From Desulfobacterales bacterium (GTDB taxonomy: Bacteria; Desulfobacterota; Desulfobacteria; Desulfobacterales; JAEINQ01), in assembly GCA_016342285.1 (NCBI GenBank), contig JAEINQ010000030.1:4490-68489 (forward strand): 64,000 nucleotides of DNA, read 5' to 3'. The notes under the pieces are model-generated. The model worked only from the letters and a program-made list of their open reading frames with translations. It had not been told where the DNA came from and did not search any database. Position 1 is the first letter of the stretch. Every line of letters begins with the position of its first letter. A program made the translations under genes and the position numbers. Of this stretch, positions 18,115 to 28,391 are shown piece after piece.

Positions 18115-18849
18115 TCAGCCCCCGAGAAACGTCATGGAGCCGGCGGCATGAACCTTATCGTCGCTGAAAATTTTGAACCGGCAGCCATCATCCGCGTTCA
18201 GGCCGCCGGCCCGAACCGCCCGGCATCGCGCCCCAATCTCCTTTTGAAACTGGATCTTCAATTCACCAATCCTCCCATTTGCTGCAAAGGCGCGGGAGGC
18301 CATGGTTTCCAGGTAATCGAAATAGAGCGAATTGTTCACATGGCCCAGGGGATCGAAATCGCTGGATCTTGTGGTGATCTCGATATGGGCTTCCGGTTCG
18401 AACTCGGCCTCTGGCCGCCAGGCATCCAGGTCCAGGTCGAGCACGGTCTCGTCTTCGACTGAGTAGGCTTCGATCAGGTCTCCAGGTACGCGAACAATCC
18501 GCTTTCGTTTCATATCGAAATAAAGCCAGATGCTGGCGGCGACGGCCAGTCGCTGATCCCCCGAGGAAACGACAAAATCCCGAAACGCCTTGAATCCCTT
18601 GGCACCTCTGCTCCAGGTAGTCACGGTGACCGTCTCTCCGTACTCCGGATAGCGGATAATTTCGGCGGCAATTTTATTGAGGATCCACACGGTGCCGTCA
18701 TTGACAAGGGTGCGGCTTCCGATCCCGACCCGCTCACTGTGCATCACCGCCGCTTCCTGAAAATACCGGAACAGTGACACCAGCTTCAGGCCAAATCGTG
18801 AATCGACGTCAAAATAGTCAAGCGGTCTTTCCATGCGAAATTTCATCAT
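18115..18849 (-). CDS. Acyl-ACP thioesterase (FatA/FatB-like)
   Basis: YFQEAA, DFDPLGHVNNSLY; double hotdog fold. Confidence 0.9.
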   Translation of the reverse strand: MMKFRMERPLDYFDVDSRFGLKLVSLFRYFQEAAVMHSERVGIGSRTLVNDGTVWILNKIAAEIIRYPEYGETVTVTTWSRGAKGFKAFRDFVVSSGDQRLAVAASIWLYFDMKRKRIVRVPGDLIEAYSVEDETVLDLDLDAWRPEAEFEPEAHIEITTRSSDFDPLGHVNNSLYFDYLETMASRAFAANGRIGELKIQFQKEIGARCRAVRAGGLNADDGCRFKIFSDDKVHAAGSMTFLGG

Positions 18850-18857
18850 CGCCCCCT

Positions 18858-19376
18858 TTATGAACCGCTTTCGGGACAACGAATATATTGCCCCCCCAAG
18901 GACGCATAAGCCGCCTGGCCAAAGGCCATAGCCTGGCGGTGGGCTTCGGTGGCTTTCTTCACCGGCTCAGCAGGCCGGCCGGCGACAATGGTACCGGCGT
19001 CCACGGTGGTACCGTCGCGCAGGTGGGATTGTTCGGCAACAATGGCATCGGCACCGATGACCACCCGGCTACCCACCAGCGACTGCATGCCCACCAGGAC
19101 ATTGTCGCCGATTTCGGCATCGTGAACCATGGCCTGGTGGCCCACGATCACCCCTTTACCGATCCGGGTCGCCTGGGCCGCATGGATCACCACGTTGTCT
19201 TCGATGATGCTACCGTCGCCGATGGCGATCAATCCGAAATCGCCCCGAATCACCGCCCCGAATCCGATGTAACAGCCCCTTCCGATCTGCACGTCGCCGA
19301 TGACTGAAGCGTTGGGGGCAATCCAGCACCCCTCTCCGATGACCGGCCGCTTTCCGTTGATTTCGTATAGACTCAT
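18858..19376 (-). CDS. Gamma-carbonic anhydrase family protein (PaaY/CaiE/YrdA-like)
   Basis: Hexapeptide repeats; IRGD; three His ligands (VIH, VGH, MVH). Confidence 0.9.
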   Translation of the reverse strand: MSLYEINGKRPVIGEGCWIAPNASVIGDVQIGRGCYIGFGAVIRGDFGLIAIGDGSIIEDNVVIHAAQATRIGKGVIVGHQAMVHDAEIGDNVLVGMQSLVGSRVVIGADAIVAEQSHLRDGTTVDAGTIVAGRPAEPVKKATEAHRQAMAFGQAAYASLGGQYIRCPESGS

Positions 19377-19640
19377 GAAGCGGGGTCCTTTCTGTTCTGA
19401 AATGGGAAAAAGGTCTTTTATCATAAAGAGACGCCGTTGACAAAGAAACGGCTGTATTGCCCATGAAATGACAATCCAGACCACCGCCATCGGTTTGCCA
19501 TTTTCAATTTCTCAAGAATCGTGTATGATGGCCGATAACAAATAAAGACAAAGGGGCCGGACGACAATCGTCGCCCGGACAAATACCCGCAGCGCCATTA
19601 AAGGCGCTGCTTTTGTTTTTTTATCCCCGAGGAGAAAAGG

Positions 19641-19892
19641 ATGTACTTCGAAGCCACGTTCAAACCGTCGGACCCTACAGAATATATCGCGGAAGCCGAG
19701 CCCCTGGTCGGCCAGAGGATATCCATTCAGCAAGGATGGATACTGGAAGACGGCCCCTACCAGGGAGAGCTGTGCTACTACATTCCCAACACCACCATCG
19801 GCACCATACCGACCAGCCACCTGGACAACATTGAGCCGATCTCCTACGCCAAATGGCGCGAAATCCACAAGCACCTGGGATTCAGCAACTAA
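19641..19892 (+). CDS. Hypothetical protein (83 aa)
   Basis: AGGAG RBS and host-like codon usage. Confidence 0.7.
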   Translation: MYFEATFKPSDPTEYIAEAEPLVGQRISIQQGWILEDGPYQGELCYYIPNTTIGTIPTSHLDNIEPISYAKWREIHKHLGFSN

Positions 19893-20312
19893 ACGGGCAA
19901 AACGCACATTATATCTTTGAACACGGATCGCCCGAGTTTCACCCCACTGCAGACCGCCTCTTCCGGGGACGGGTTGATCTGCGTCCATGCCTGCTGATTC
20001 CAGGTACGGGCAATTCCCCAACTTCAAAGGGCTTTTTGGTTCCCAAAACCGGGCCATTGCGTTAACATACCAGAAATGCCTCTTTCACGTGACATGACCG
20101 GAAGGTAAGGAATCAACGCCACCGCATCATCGTTTTGGGAGAAAAACATGCCCATGGGGCAGATCAAAGCGGTCCTAGCTCGCCTGATTTTTTGCCTCAC
20201 TGTCCCCATTCACATAGCCAATGGGGGATCTCTCCGACCCTAACCGACAGTGGCCACAGGTGCCGGTCCTTTTTGCCAGAGGCAACGTTACCATCAACCA
20301 CAGGAGGTGGAC

Positions 20313-21407
20313 ATGTCCAGGGGACTCAATATCGCCATCAACACCGGCGGCGGCGATGCGCCGGGCCTCAACGCCGTCATCGAGGCGGTGGTCATGGCGG
20401 CCCACAACCGAAACTGGGATGTTTACGGCATCAAGAGCGGCTACACAGGCCTGATCGATACTGACGAGATCGTCCGCCTGACCCCGGACCGGGTCCGTCG
20501 CATCTCCAGCACCGGCGGCACCATTCTCGGCACCACCAACAAGGGCAATCCCTTTGAAATGCCGGTGACCAACGCTGCCGGCGAAGTGGAGATCCGTGAC
20601 GTTTCCGACCGCGTGGTGGAAAATTTCAAGCGTCTGCGGTTCGACTGCCTGGTCGCCGTTGGCGGCGACGGCTCCCTGGAAATCGCTTACCGTTTTTTCC
20701 AGAAAGGAATCCCGGTGATCGGCGTGCCCAAAACCATCGACAACGACATGGGCGGCACGGTCATCACCTTCGGCTTTGACACGGCGGTCAGCACGGCCAC
20801 CGAGGCCATCGACCGGATCCACTCCACGGCCCGCAGCCACGAACGGGTGATCGTGGTGGAGGTTATGGGCCGCCACGCCGGCTGGATCGCCCTGAACTCC
20901 GGCATTTCCGGTGCGGCCCACGTCATCTTGATCCCCGAGATCCCCTTTGATATTGAAAAAGTCTGCGACCATATTATGGCCGAAGAGCTTCACGGGGAGC
21001 GCTATGCAGTGGTGGTGACGGCCGAAGGGGCCGTACCGGCAGGCGGCGGCCAGATCGACCGGGGCGCGGGCGAGGTCGGCCGCCAGGACGTGCTGCTGGG
21101 CGGTGTCGGACAGTACGTGGCCGAGGAAATCGCCAAGCGAACCGGAAAAGACGCCCGATCCCTGGTGCTGGGGCACCTCCAGCGCGGGGGATCGCCCACG
21201 ACCTTCGACCGCCTGCTGGCCCTTCGCTTCGGGGCTGCCGCGGTACGTCTCATCGAAAAAGGCAAGTTCGGCTCCATGGTGGGCCTGGACCCGCCCAAAA
21301 TCAAGGCGGTGCCCCTGGAGCAGGTCATCGGCAGCATTCGAAACGTCCCCCTAGACAGCGACACCATCGCCACCGCCCGGGACATCGGCATCTGTTTCGG
21401 CGACTGA
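20313..21407 (+). CDS. pfkA: 6-phosphofructokinase (PfkA family, group III-like)
   Basis: GGGDAPGLN, GGDGS, PKTIDND, VEVMGR; AGGAGG RBS. Confidence 0.93.
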   Translation: MSRGLNIAINTGGGDAPGLNAVIEAVVMAAHNRNWDVYGIKSGYTGLIDTDEIVRLTPDRVRRISSTGGTILGTTNKGNPFEMPVTNAAGEVEIRDVSDRVVENFKRLRFDCLVAVGGDGSLEIAYRFFQKGIPVIGVPKTIDNDMGGTVITFGFDTAVSTATEAIDRIHSTARSHERVIVVEVMGRHAGWIALNSGISGAAHVILIPEIPFDIEKVCDHIMAEELHGERYAVVVTAEGAVPAGGGQIDRGAGEVGRQDVLLGGVGQYVAEEIAKRTGKDARSLVLGHLQRGGSPTTFDRLLALRFGAAAVRLIEKGKFGSMVGLDPPKIKAVPLEQVIGSIRNVPLDSDTIATARDIGICFGD

Positions 21408-21410
21408 GCC

Positions 21411-21633
21411 GGGTACGGGGCATTGGGTTGTCCCGGAAGGGGCCGGGTTATCGCCCCCCATATCAGTGTGGGGTGCCTAAAGTGAACTAAAGTGACTAAA
21501 GTTGAGGAGTCGCTACGCTCCACCGGTTTTTAATAATAGGAAGAATTCTTTAACTTTAGTCACTGGCAATGTGTCTCGGCATAGCCAACAGACACTGACC
21601 ACACCCACATCATGTGGATTCCGACTGCGTATT
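21411..21633 (+). repeat. Intergenic repeat family B (GAATCC...GTGGATTCC), copy
   Basis: Shares CCCCATATCAGTGTGG, CTAAAGTGA arrays, GTGTCTCGG.ATAGCCAA and GTGGATTCC with 55518; shares GTCGCTACGCTCC with 52862. Confidence 0.8.
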
Positions 21634-21652
21634 GAAAAGGAGAAACCGTCCC

Positions 21653-22798
21653 ATGGCAGAACCGAACTGGCGGGTTCACAACCCCTCCGGGAAACGCCGC
21701 GTCATCATCACCAAGGAGCTGCCCGGAGGCCGATGGCTGGACATTCTGACCACGGCCGACTGCCGGGTGGAGATCTGCACCACCACCGATGTGCTCACCG
21801 TTGAAGCAATTCGGACGGCCATGGGCGACCGGTGCCACGGGGCCATCGGGCAGTTGACGGAACCCTGGGGAGAAGAACTCTTTTCAGCCCTTGCGGCCGC
21901 CGGAGGAAAAGCCTACAGCAACTATGCCGTGGGATTCAACAACATCGACCTTGATGCCGCCACCCGCTGCGGCATCCCCGTGGGCAACACCCCCGGTGTA
22001 CTCACCGAAACCACGGCGGAAATGGCCGTGGCCCTGACCTTTGCCGCAGCCCGGCGCGTCTGCGAATCCGAACGGTTCTTAAGGGCGGGGAAATACAAGG
22101 GGTGGCTCCCCACCCTTTTTCAGGGAGAACTGCTGTGGCGAAAAACCCTGGGGATTATCGGCGCCGGACGCATCGGTGCGGCCTACGCCCGCATGATGGT
22201 GGAAGGCCACAAAATGGATCTTGTCTACTACGACCTCTACCCCAACCCGGACCTCGAATCGTACATGGCCGATTACAGCACCTTTCTGACCGCCCGGGGA
22301 GAAGCCCCGGTGACCTGCAAGCGAACCGAAACCGTAGAAGAACTGATGGCTGCCGCCGACTGCATCAGCCTGCACACGGTGCTCGATCCGGCCACCCGCC
22401 ATCTGATCAATGCCCAGCGACTGGCCCTGATGAAAAAAACCGCCATCCTGGTAAACACGGCCCGGGGACCGATCATCGACGAGGCAGCCCTGGTGGCCCA
22501 TTGCCGTACCCATCCCGACTTCAAGACAGCCCTGGACGTTTTCGAAGACGAACCGGCTCTGGCACCGGGCCTGGCCGACCTGGACAACGCCGTGATCGTG
22601 CCCCACATCGCCTCGGCCACGGCATGGACCCGTCAAGGCATGGCGATCCTGGCCGCCACCAATGTGGCCGCCATTTTATCGGGCCATCCGGTCTGGCCGG
22701 AAGCCGACATCGCACCCTTTCTTGCACCCGACCCGCCCGCCGCGGCACCGAGCATTCTGAATGCCAAAGAGTTGGGCTTGTCACACTTGGATTTGTAA
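21653..22798 (+). CDS. D-glycerate dehydrogenase / hydroxypyruvate reductase, plant HPR1-like
   Basis: GNTPGVLTETTAE, GAGRIGAAYARMMVEG, NTARG, LDVFEDEP, PHIASA. Confidence 0.92.
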   Translation: MAEPNWRVHNPSGKRRVIITKELPGGRWLDILTTADCRVEICTTTDVLTVEAIRTAMGDRCHGAIGQLTEPWGEELFSALAAAGGKAYSNYAVGFNNIDLDAATRCGIPVGNTPGVLTETTAEMAVALTFAAARRVCESERFLRAGKYKGWLPTLFQGELLWRKTLGIIGAGRIGAAYARMMVEGHKMDLVYYDLYPNPDLESYMADYSTFLTARGEAPVTCKRTETVEELMAAADCISLHTVLDPATRHLINAQRLALMKKTAILVNTARGPIIDEAALVAHCRTHPDFKTALDVFEDEPALAPGLADLDNAVIVPHIASATAWTRQGMAILAATNVAAILSGHPVWPEADIAPFLAPDPPAAAPSILNAKELGLSHLDL

Positions 22799-22815
22799 TC
22801 GAATTTTACACAAAA

Positions 22816-22840
22816 AGAGAAGGCCGCCGGCCTCTTCTTC
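22816..22840. terminator. Hairpin between convergent genes
   Basis: AGAAGGCC-GCC-GGCCTCTTCT with an upstream A-run. Confidence 0.4.
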
Positions 22841-22889
22841 GAATCATCAATTTGGCATATGCCAAACCGATCATGACTGCCTGCAAGTA

Positions 22890-24848
22890 TTACTTCCCCA
22901 ATTCCCTTTTGACAGCCAACCCGAGTCTTTCCAAGGTCAACGGCTTTTTTAAATATTCGCCGGCCCCCAATTTTTGGGTCCCCTTCACCTTGTCGGTTTC
23001 AGCGAATCCACTGACTATGAGCGCTTTTTGGCTAGGGTGAATCTTTACTATTCTCTCATAAGTCTCGTGACAATTTATTCCGGGGTCCATGATCATATCA
23101 AGCAGCAATAAATCCACAAAATTTTCCTTTAAATATTCAACCGCTTCCTCTCCACTGGACACGGCTTTCGAAATATAGCCAAGTCTATTCAATATCCTGC
23201 TGGATATCTCTCGTTGATTTTTCTCGTCATCAATGACCAGGATTGTCTCTCCACGCCCCATCAAGTCATCAATGGGTTGGAACAAACCTTCATCCAACAT
23301 TTCATCTCTGGTAATCTGAAAATACGACTCAATTGTTGTGCCATTCTTATCACTGGTCACATCGATGTAACCCCGATGGTCCTGCACAACGTTCCATACC
23401 ACTGCCAGACCCAAGCCCGTACCGCTGAGGCCCATTATCTTCTTCGTATAAAATGGCTCGAATATCCGCGATAGATCATCCGGCGATATGCCGGAACCAT
23501 CGTCCGATACGGCAAGAACGGCATATTCACCGATGGTCACATCATCGTAACCCGCTATAGGTTTATCGATATATCGGTTCATGGTTGATATGGTCACATT
23601 GCCACCACTGTCAACCGCTTCCGCCGCGTTTATGACCAGGTTCATCACCACCTTCCTGACATGAACATGAGACCCGATTATATTCAGCAACTCCGTATCT
23701 AAGTCCGTCTTGAAGGTTACGGAAGAATGCAGCTGTTCAAGCTTTCTAAACTCCGGTGAATTTAGATAATTACGTATCAGGTTGTTTAAATTCACCGGTT
23801 CTTTTGTGGTGGCCACACCTCTGGCAATGGTCAACAGATCCTGGATAACGGCGGCCGCCCTGTATCCGGAGTCCTTTATGGTGGAAAGCGGTTCTCTGAG
23901 ATTGCTGTCTGGTGGCAAATCCATTAAAAGCAATTCTGGATAACTGACAATGCCTGACAGGATGTTATTGAGGTCGTGAGCGACACCGCCTGCCAAAAGC
24001 CCCAATGATTCCATCTTCTTTGACCTGACAAGCTTGTCTTCGCTCGCTCTAAGCGCTTCCTCCATCCGCTTGCGGTCCTTAATTTCGGCTTCTAATTTTT
24101 TGTTGGTTTTGACAAGATCGGCTGTTCTTTCCTCAACTCTCATTTCTAATTCTTGATGGGCTTCCTCTAAAACTTGACCGGCCAGCGCTAATTTTCTGTT
24201 ACTGTTTTCAAGTTCCGTATTTTTTTCGCGCAATTTTCTCCTGCTTTTTCTCAGCAACGCCCCGATGTAAGCCGAAACGAGTGCCACAATTTGAAGATAG
24301 ACGGCAACCGTAATAACAATTGTTGCCTGGTAGTGTCCTGGCAAAAATAGGTTCGGGATAGGATCTTGACACGGAAGGATTCCCACATATTCCATCGAAA
24401 CCATCAAAACCGCCACAACCCCACAAAAAGTGGCGACAATAAAGGGGGTCTTTTTCTGTCCTACGATTCCGATATAGTTGATTAACACGACATAGATGGG
24501 GCTCATCCAAAAGGCTCGGATACCACCCAAAAAATAGATTATTGCCGTGTAGGCAATGACTTCTATTAAATTTGTAACAAGAGAGAATAAATTTGATGCG
24601 CGGTTACTTTTTGGCCGCCTTAAAATCCATAATATTACCGGATTCATAAGGATCAAAAAGAGCACTGAAGCACTGATGCCGGCAATGTTGTTGTATTTGA
24701 TAAGTTGGAGCCGATAGGCACCAAAAGCGAATGCCCACATGAACAGACTTGCCCCGGTTCGTAACCAGGCCCCATAATAATGGTTCCGGTATAGTCTTTC
24801 AACAAAATCTACCTGACGTTCCATTCCACCTTGACTGTCCATTTCCAT
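22890..24848 (-). CDS. Membrane-bound (about 6 TM) hybrid sensor histidine kinase
   Basis: Hydrophobic N-terminus; GVAHDLNN; GTGLGLA; LDMIMDP. Visibly AT-richer than its neighbours. Confidence 0.93.
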   Translation of the reverse strand: MEMDSQGGMERQVDFVERLYRNHYYGAWLRTGASLFMWAFAFGAYRLQLIKYNNIAGISASVLFLILMNPVILWILRRPKSNRASNLFSLVTNLIEVIAYTAIIYFLGGIRAFWMSPIYVVLINYIGIVGQKKTPFIVATFCGVVAVLMVSMEYVGILPCQDPIPNLFLPGHYQATIVITVAVYLQIVALVSAYIGALLRKSRRKLREKNTELENSNRKLALAGQVLEEAHQELEMRVEERTADLVKTNKKLEAEIKDRKRMEEALRASEDKLVRSKKMESLGLLAGGVAHDLNNILSGIVSYPELLLMDLPPDSNLREPLSTIKDSGYRAAAVIQDLLTIARGVATTKEPVNLNNLIRNYLNSPEFRKLEQLHSSVTFKTDLDTELLNIIGSHVHVRKVVMNLVINAAEAVDSGGNVTISTMNRYIDKPIAGYDDVTIGEYAVLAVSDDGSGISPDDLSRIFEPFYTKKIMGLSGTGLGLAVVWNVVQDHRGYIDVTSDKNGTTIESYFQITRDEMLDEGLFQPIDDLMGRGETILVIDDEKNQREISSRILNRLGYISKAVSSGEEAVEYLKENFVDLLLLDMIMDPGINCHETYERIVKIHPSQKALIVSGFAETDKVKGTQKLGAGEYLKKPLTLERLGLAVKRELGK

Positions 24849-25031
24849 CTGAAATCCTCGCACTGTAAGCGTTTACAGGGCGCCGTAGATGCGAGACGCC
24901 GGGCATGCAGACGTACTATAGCGTACTTCAAATGCCCGGGAACAAAGTCACGCCCAGGCGTGATGCCCTGTGAACGATCTTCTTTTTCCGACAATGCCTT
25001 TGCTTCCCCAACAAATCAAGGCCGGACCGAA

Positions 25032-28000
25032 TCAGGGATCACGGCTGGCGCCATCCAGCACCCTGCGGACCGTTTCGGCCAGGTTCGAACCCAGCACCGG
25101 CTTTGGGATAAAGTCTTGAATCCCTATCTCCCGGGCCTTTTCATCGGTCATGTTTCTGCTGTAACCGGTGCTCAGAATCACCGGGATATCGGGCCTGATC
25201 CGTATCAATTCGGCGGCCAGCTTGTCTCCGGTCATTTTCGGCATGGTCATGTCGGTGATCACCAGATCGAATGTCCACGGCGACTGCCTGAATGCCGCCA
25301 GGGCCTCGGGGCTGCCGCTGCAAGGGGTAACCGTGTAACCGAGCTTTTCCAGCATCTGCTGTTCGACTTCAATCAGGATCGGTTCGTCGTCCACCAGCAG
25401 GATGTGTTCGCATCCTCCGGGCAGGTTCGACGCCTCTTTCCCCTCCTTGGCCCGTTCCTGTTTGATTGCGGGTATATAGACGTTGAAGCTGGCGCCGTTC
25501 CCCAATTCACTGTAAGCGTAGACAGCACCATGGTAACTCTGCAAAATCCCATGAACCACCGACAGACCCAGGCCGGTGCCCTTGCCCTTTTCCTTGGTGG
25601 TGAAGTAGGGGTTGTAGATGTTTCCCAAAACCTCAGGGGCAATACCCGGTCCGGTATCCTGGACAAGGAGCTTGACGTAGTCGCCCGGCATCAACCCGGG
25701 ATGGAGCCGGATATCCCGGGAGGTCAGATGAACCTGTGACAGGCCGACTTTCAACCGGCCGCCTTCTCCTTCCATGGCGTGTGCGGCGTTGGTGCACAGG
25801 TTCATGACGATCTGATGGATTTGGGTCGGATCGGCCATCACATTGTCAAGATCCTCATCGATTTCCTGGGTGATTTCAACGGTGGTCGGAAGAGACGAGC
25901 GCAGCATTTTGATCGCCTCCTTGACCAGGGGGCCGACCTGCAGCGGTTTAAGCTGGCGTTCTTCCTGGCGGCTGAAGGTCAGGATCTGGCGGACCAGGTC
26001 GCCGGCTCGCATGCCGGCCGCAAGAATCTGCCTCAGGTTGCGGTGAAGCGGGGTCCCGGCTGTTTCATCGGCCAGGGCCAGCTCCGCGTAGCCGATCACC
26101 GCCGAGAGAATGTTGTTGAAGTCATGGGCGATGCCGCCGGCCAAGGTGCCGATGGCTTCCATCTTCTGGGCCTGCTGCAGGGCCTTTTCCAGCCGATTGG
26201 CCTCCTTGGCCATGGCGACACGATCGGTGATGTCCATGACAAAGGAAATGGAAAAGCCCTCATTTCGGTATTCCATAAAATTGATCAGAATTTCCACCGG
26301 AAAGACGCTCCCGTCTTTCCGCCGGTGCGTGGTCTCGATGACGACGGCCCCGCTATCCCGCACGTTTTTCCTGTGGGCTGCCCACGCTTCTTTGTGAAAC
26401 CCGGGATCAATGTCAAAAATGGTCATCTGGCAAAGGTCTTCGCGGCTGTAGCCGAGACTCTTGCAGGCCTGATCGTTGACCGTGAGAATCCGGGCGTCCG
26501 GTCCTGTCCGGAAAATACCGAAAGAAGCCCTGTCGAAACAAAACTGGGTCAGGCGCAGGGCCTCTTCCATCCGCCGCCGCTGGGTGATATCCGTCAGCAC
26601 GCCATTAAAGACGACCTCATCCTCAGACCGGTGGGAAGCGGAGTCGCCGGCGAACCAGATCATTTCGCCGTCGGGCTTGATGAACCGCCCCTCGTAATGC
26701 CAGGGCGCGACCCTATCCACGGCCTCTGACACGGAGGCCTGAAAGGCTTCTTTTTCAGAGTCCGGAATGCATTTGGCGAATTCGGCGAAAAAGGCCTCCG
26801 GGGGTGCTTCGATACCGAAGAGGGCCACTGCCTTTTCGCCGATGAATGTATTGGTATAGCGATGATCGGCCGTTGCCCGAAACTGGTAGACCACGCCGGG
26901 GATGTTGCTAGTAACATGTTTGAGCAACCGCTCGCTTTCACGGATCTGCTGTTCCCGGGCATAGGCCTCAGTGACATCCCGGAACACCAGGACCACGCCG
27001 ATGATTTGGTCGTCGGTATTGCGGATGGGCGCACCGCTGTCGGCGATCTGGTACTCACTGCCGTCTTTGGCCAACAGCACGGCATGGTTGGCCAGGCCCA
27101 CAGTCCGGCCTTCGGCCAGCACCCTGTCGGCCGGGCTGTCGACCTTTTGGCGGGTATGGGCATTGACGATAACAAAAACCTTGTCCAGGGCCTCTCCGAA
27201 TGCATCGGCACGATTCCAGCCGGTCAGCCCCTCGGCCGCCTTGTTCATGCGAACAATCTTTCCCTCTTCGTCGGTGGAGATCACCGCATCGCCGATGGAG
27301 TTGAGGGTGACCCTCAGGTTGCTTTCACTCGCCGTCAGATCCTGCTGGGTCTCATTCAAGTCGTGAACGAACCGGATGATGTCCCGGGCCAGCAAGGAAC
27401 CCAAAACGAACAGGCCGACCACAAGGCCCAGGATCAGGCCCCAGTTCAGCCACCGGTTCAGACGGCTGGCGCGTAATGTATCGGCGACGATCCGGTCCGA
27501 AAGGGCACGGCTGGCGGCGACCAGTATTTCGCCGGTATCATTCAAACGCTGCTCGAGCTGCACCAGGACCGAAAAATTTTCAATGATCGCCCCTTCGTGG
27601 ACGACCAGATCGGCCAGGTTTTTGTCCAGGGCCTTGATCACGGGTTGAATCTTCGGCTCGTTGCCCATCAGCACGTTCAAGAACCGCAACTGGGCCTTGT
27701 GCTTGGCCAGGGCATCAATCAAATCCTGTTTTTGGTGCCGATACGCATCAAGGTCCGAACTCAACAAAAGTTCAAGCAGAATCAACTGCTGCTTGATATG
27801 CAGGGCCACCAGGTCGTAGGCCGTGTCCTTGATCCTGGACTTGAACGGATCAATGGCGTCGCCGTGATAGGTCCGCAGGCCCTCTTCTTTCCGATAGGGG
27901 CGTATGATCTGTTCCTCGACCTGGTTTGAAAATGAGATGCCGATCCCCTGCAGGACTTCCTTCTGGGCCTTGAGGCTCACCGCCGGTCCGTTCAACATTC

Positions 28001-28334
28001 TCAAGACGCCATGATATCCCTCCAGACTGATTTTCAGGGCCGCCATTTCCGCCTGCCAGTCACCTGGCGTTTTGGCCGATGCTGCCAGGTCACCGCGGAT
28101 CGACGCCATGGTCCGGTTGATCCGCTGCCAGTTCCCCGGATCGGCGTTTCGAATGAATCCCCTGCCCAGGAGCCGAAGATGTTCCACACGCACCACGGTT
28201 TGCTGAATCCGCGAGAGAAACGCCTGGTTGTTGTGGTCTTTTTCGATAAAATACCGGCTGATGAAAAAACTCATCAGGCAGGCACCCACCCCCAGAAGGA
28301 CGATCAGGACGACTTTTTTATTGGCACTCATCAT
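25032..28334 (-). CDS. Hybrid histidine kinase with periplasmic domain and 3 PAS domains
   Basis: Two TM segments; GIAHDFNN; TDMTMP. Confidence 0.95.
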   Translation of the reverse strand: MMSANKKVVLIVLLGVGACLMSFFISRYFIEKDHNNQAFLSRIQQTVVRVEHLRLLGRGFIRNADPGNWQRINRTMASIRGDLAASAKTPGDWQAEMAALKISLEGYHGVLRMLNGPAVSLKAQKEVLQGIGISFSNQVEEQIIRPYRKEEGLRTYHGDAIDPFKSRIKDTAYDLVALHIKQQLILLELLLSSDLDAYRHQKQDLIDALAKHKAQLRFLNVLMGNEPKIQPVIKALDKNLADLVVHEGAIIENFSVLVQLEQRLNDTGEILVAASRALSDRIVADTLRASRLNRWLNWGLILGLVVGLFVLGSLLARDIIRFVHDLNETQQDLTASESNLRVTLNSIGDAVISTDEEGKIVRMNKAAEGLTGWNRADAFGEALDKVFVIVNAHTRQKVDSPADRVLAEGRTVGLANHAVLLAKDGSEYQIADSGAPIRNTDDQIIGVVLVFRDVTEAYAREQQIRESERLLKHVTSNIPGVVYQFRATADHRYTNTFIGEKAVALFGIEAPPEAFFAEFAKCIPDSEKEAFQASVSEAVDRVAPWHYEGRFIKPDGEMIWFAGDSASHRSEDEVVFNGVLTDITQRRRMEEALRLTQFCFDRASFGIFRTGPDARILTVNDQACKSLGYSREDLCQMTIFDIDPGFHKEAWAAHRKNVRDSGAVVIETTHRRKDGSVFPVEILINFMEYRNEGFSISFVMDITDRVAMAKEANRLEKALQQAQKMEAIGTLAGGIAHDFNNILSAVIGYAELALADETAGTPLHRNLRQILAAGMRAGDLVRQILTFSRQEERQLKPLQVGPLVKEAIKMLRSSLPTTVEITQEIDEDLDNVMADPTQIHQIVMNLCTNAAHAMEGEGGRLKVGLSQVHLTSRDIRLHPGLMPGDYVKLLVQDTGPGIAPEVLGNIYNPYFTTKEKGKGTGLGLSVVHGILQSYHGAVYAYSELGNGASFNVYIPAIKQERAKEGKEASNLPGGCEHILLVDDEPILIEVEQQMLEKLGYTVTPCSGSPEALAAFRQSPWTFDLVITDMTMPKMTGDKLAAELIRIRPDIPVILSTGYSRNMTDEKAREIGIQDFIPKPVLGSNLAETVRRVLDGASRDP

Positions 28335-28391
28335 TGACCCATTGGATGGTTGCGGTTGTTTCGGCAGACGGAAACCGCGTCTCCACCCGAA

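Noticed and set aside
19893-20312. Long intergenic regions upstream of pfkA (and of aroF, 44046-44427) as riboswitch or attenuator
   Set aside because: No recognisable aptamer, T-box or aromatic-rich leader peptide by eye; an Rfam scan would be needed.
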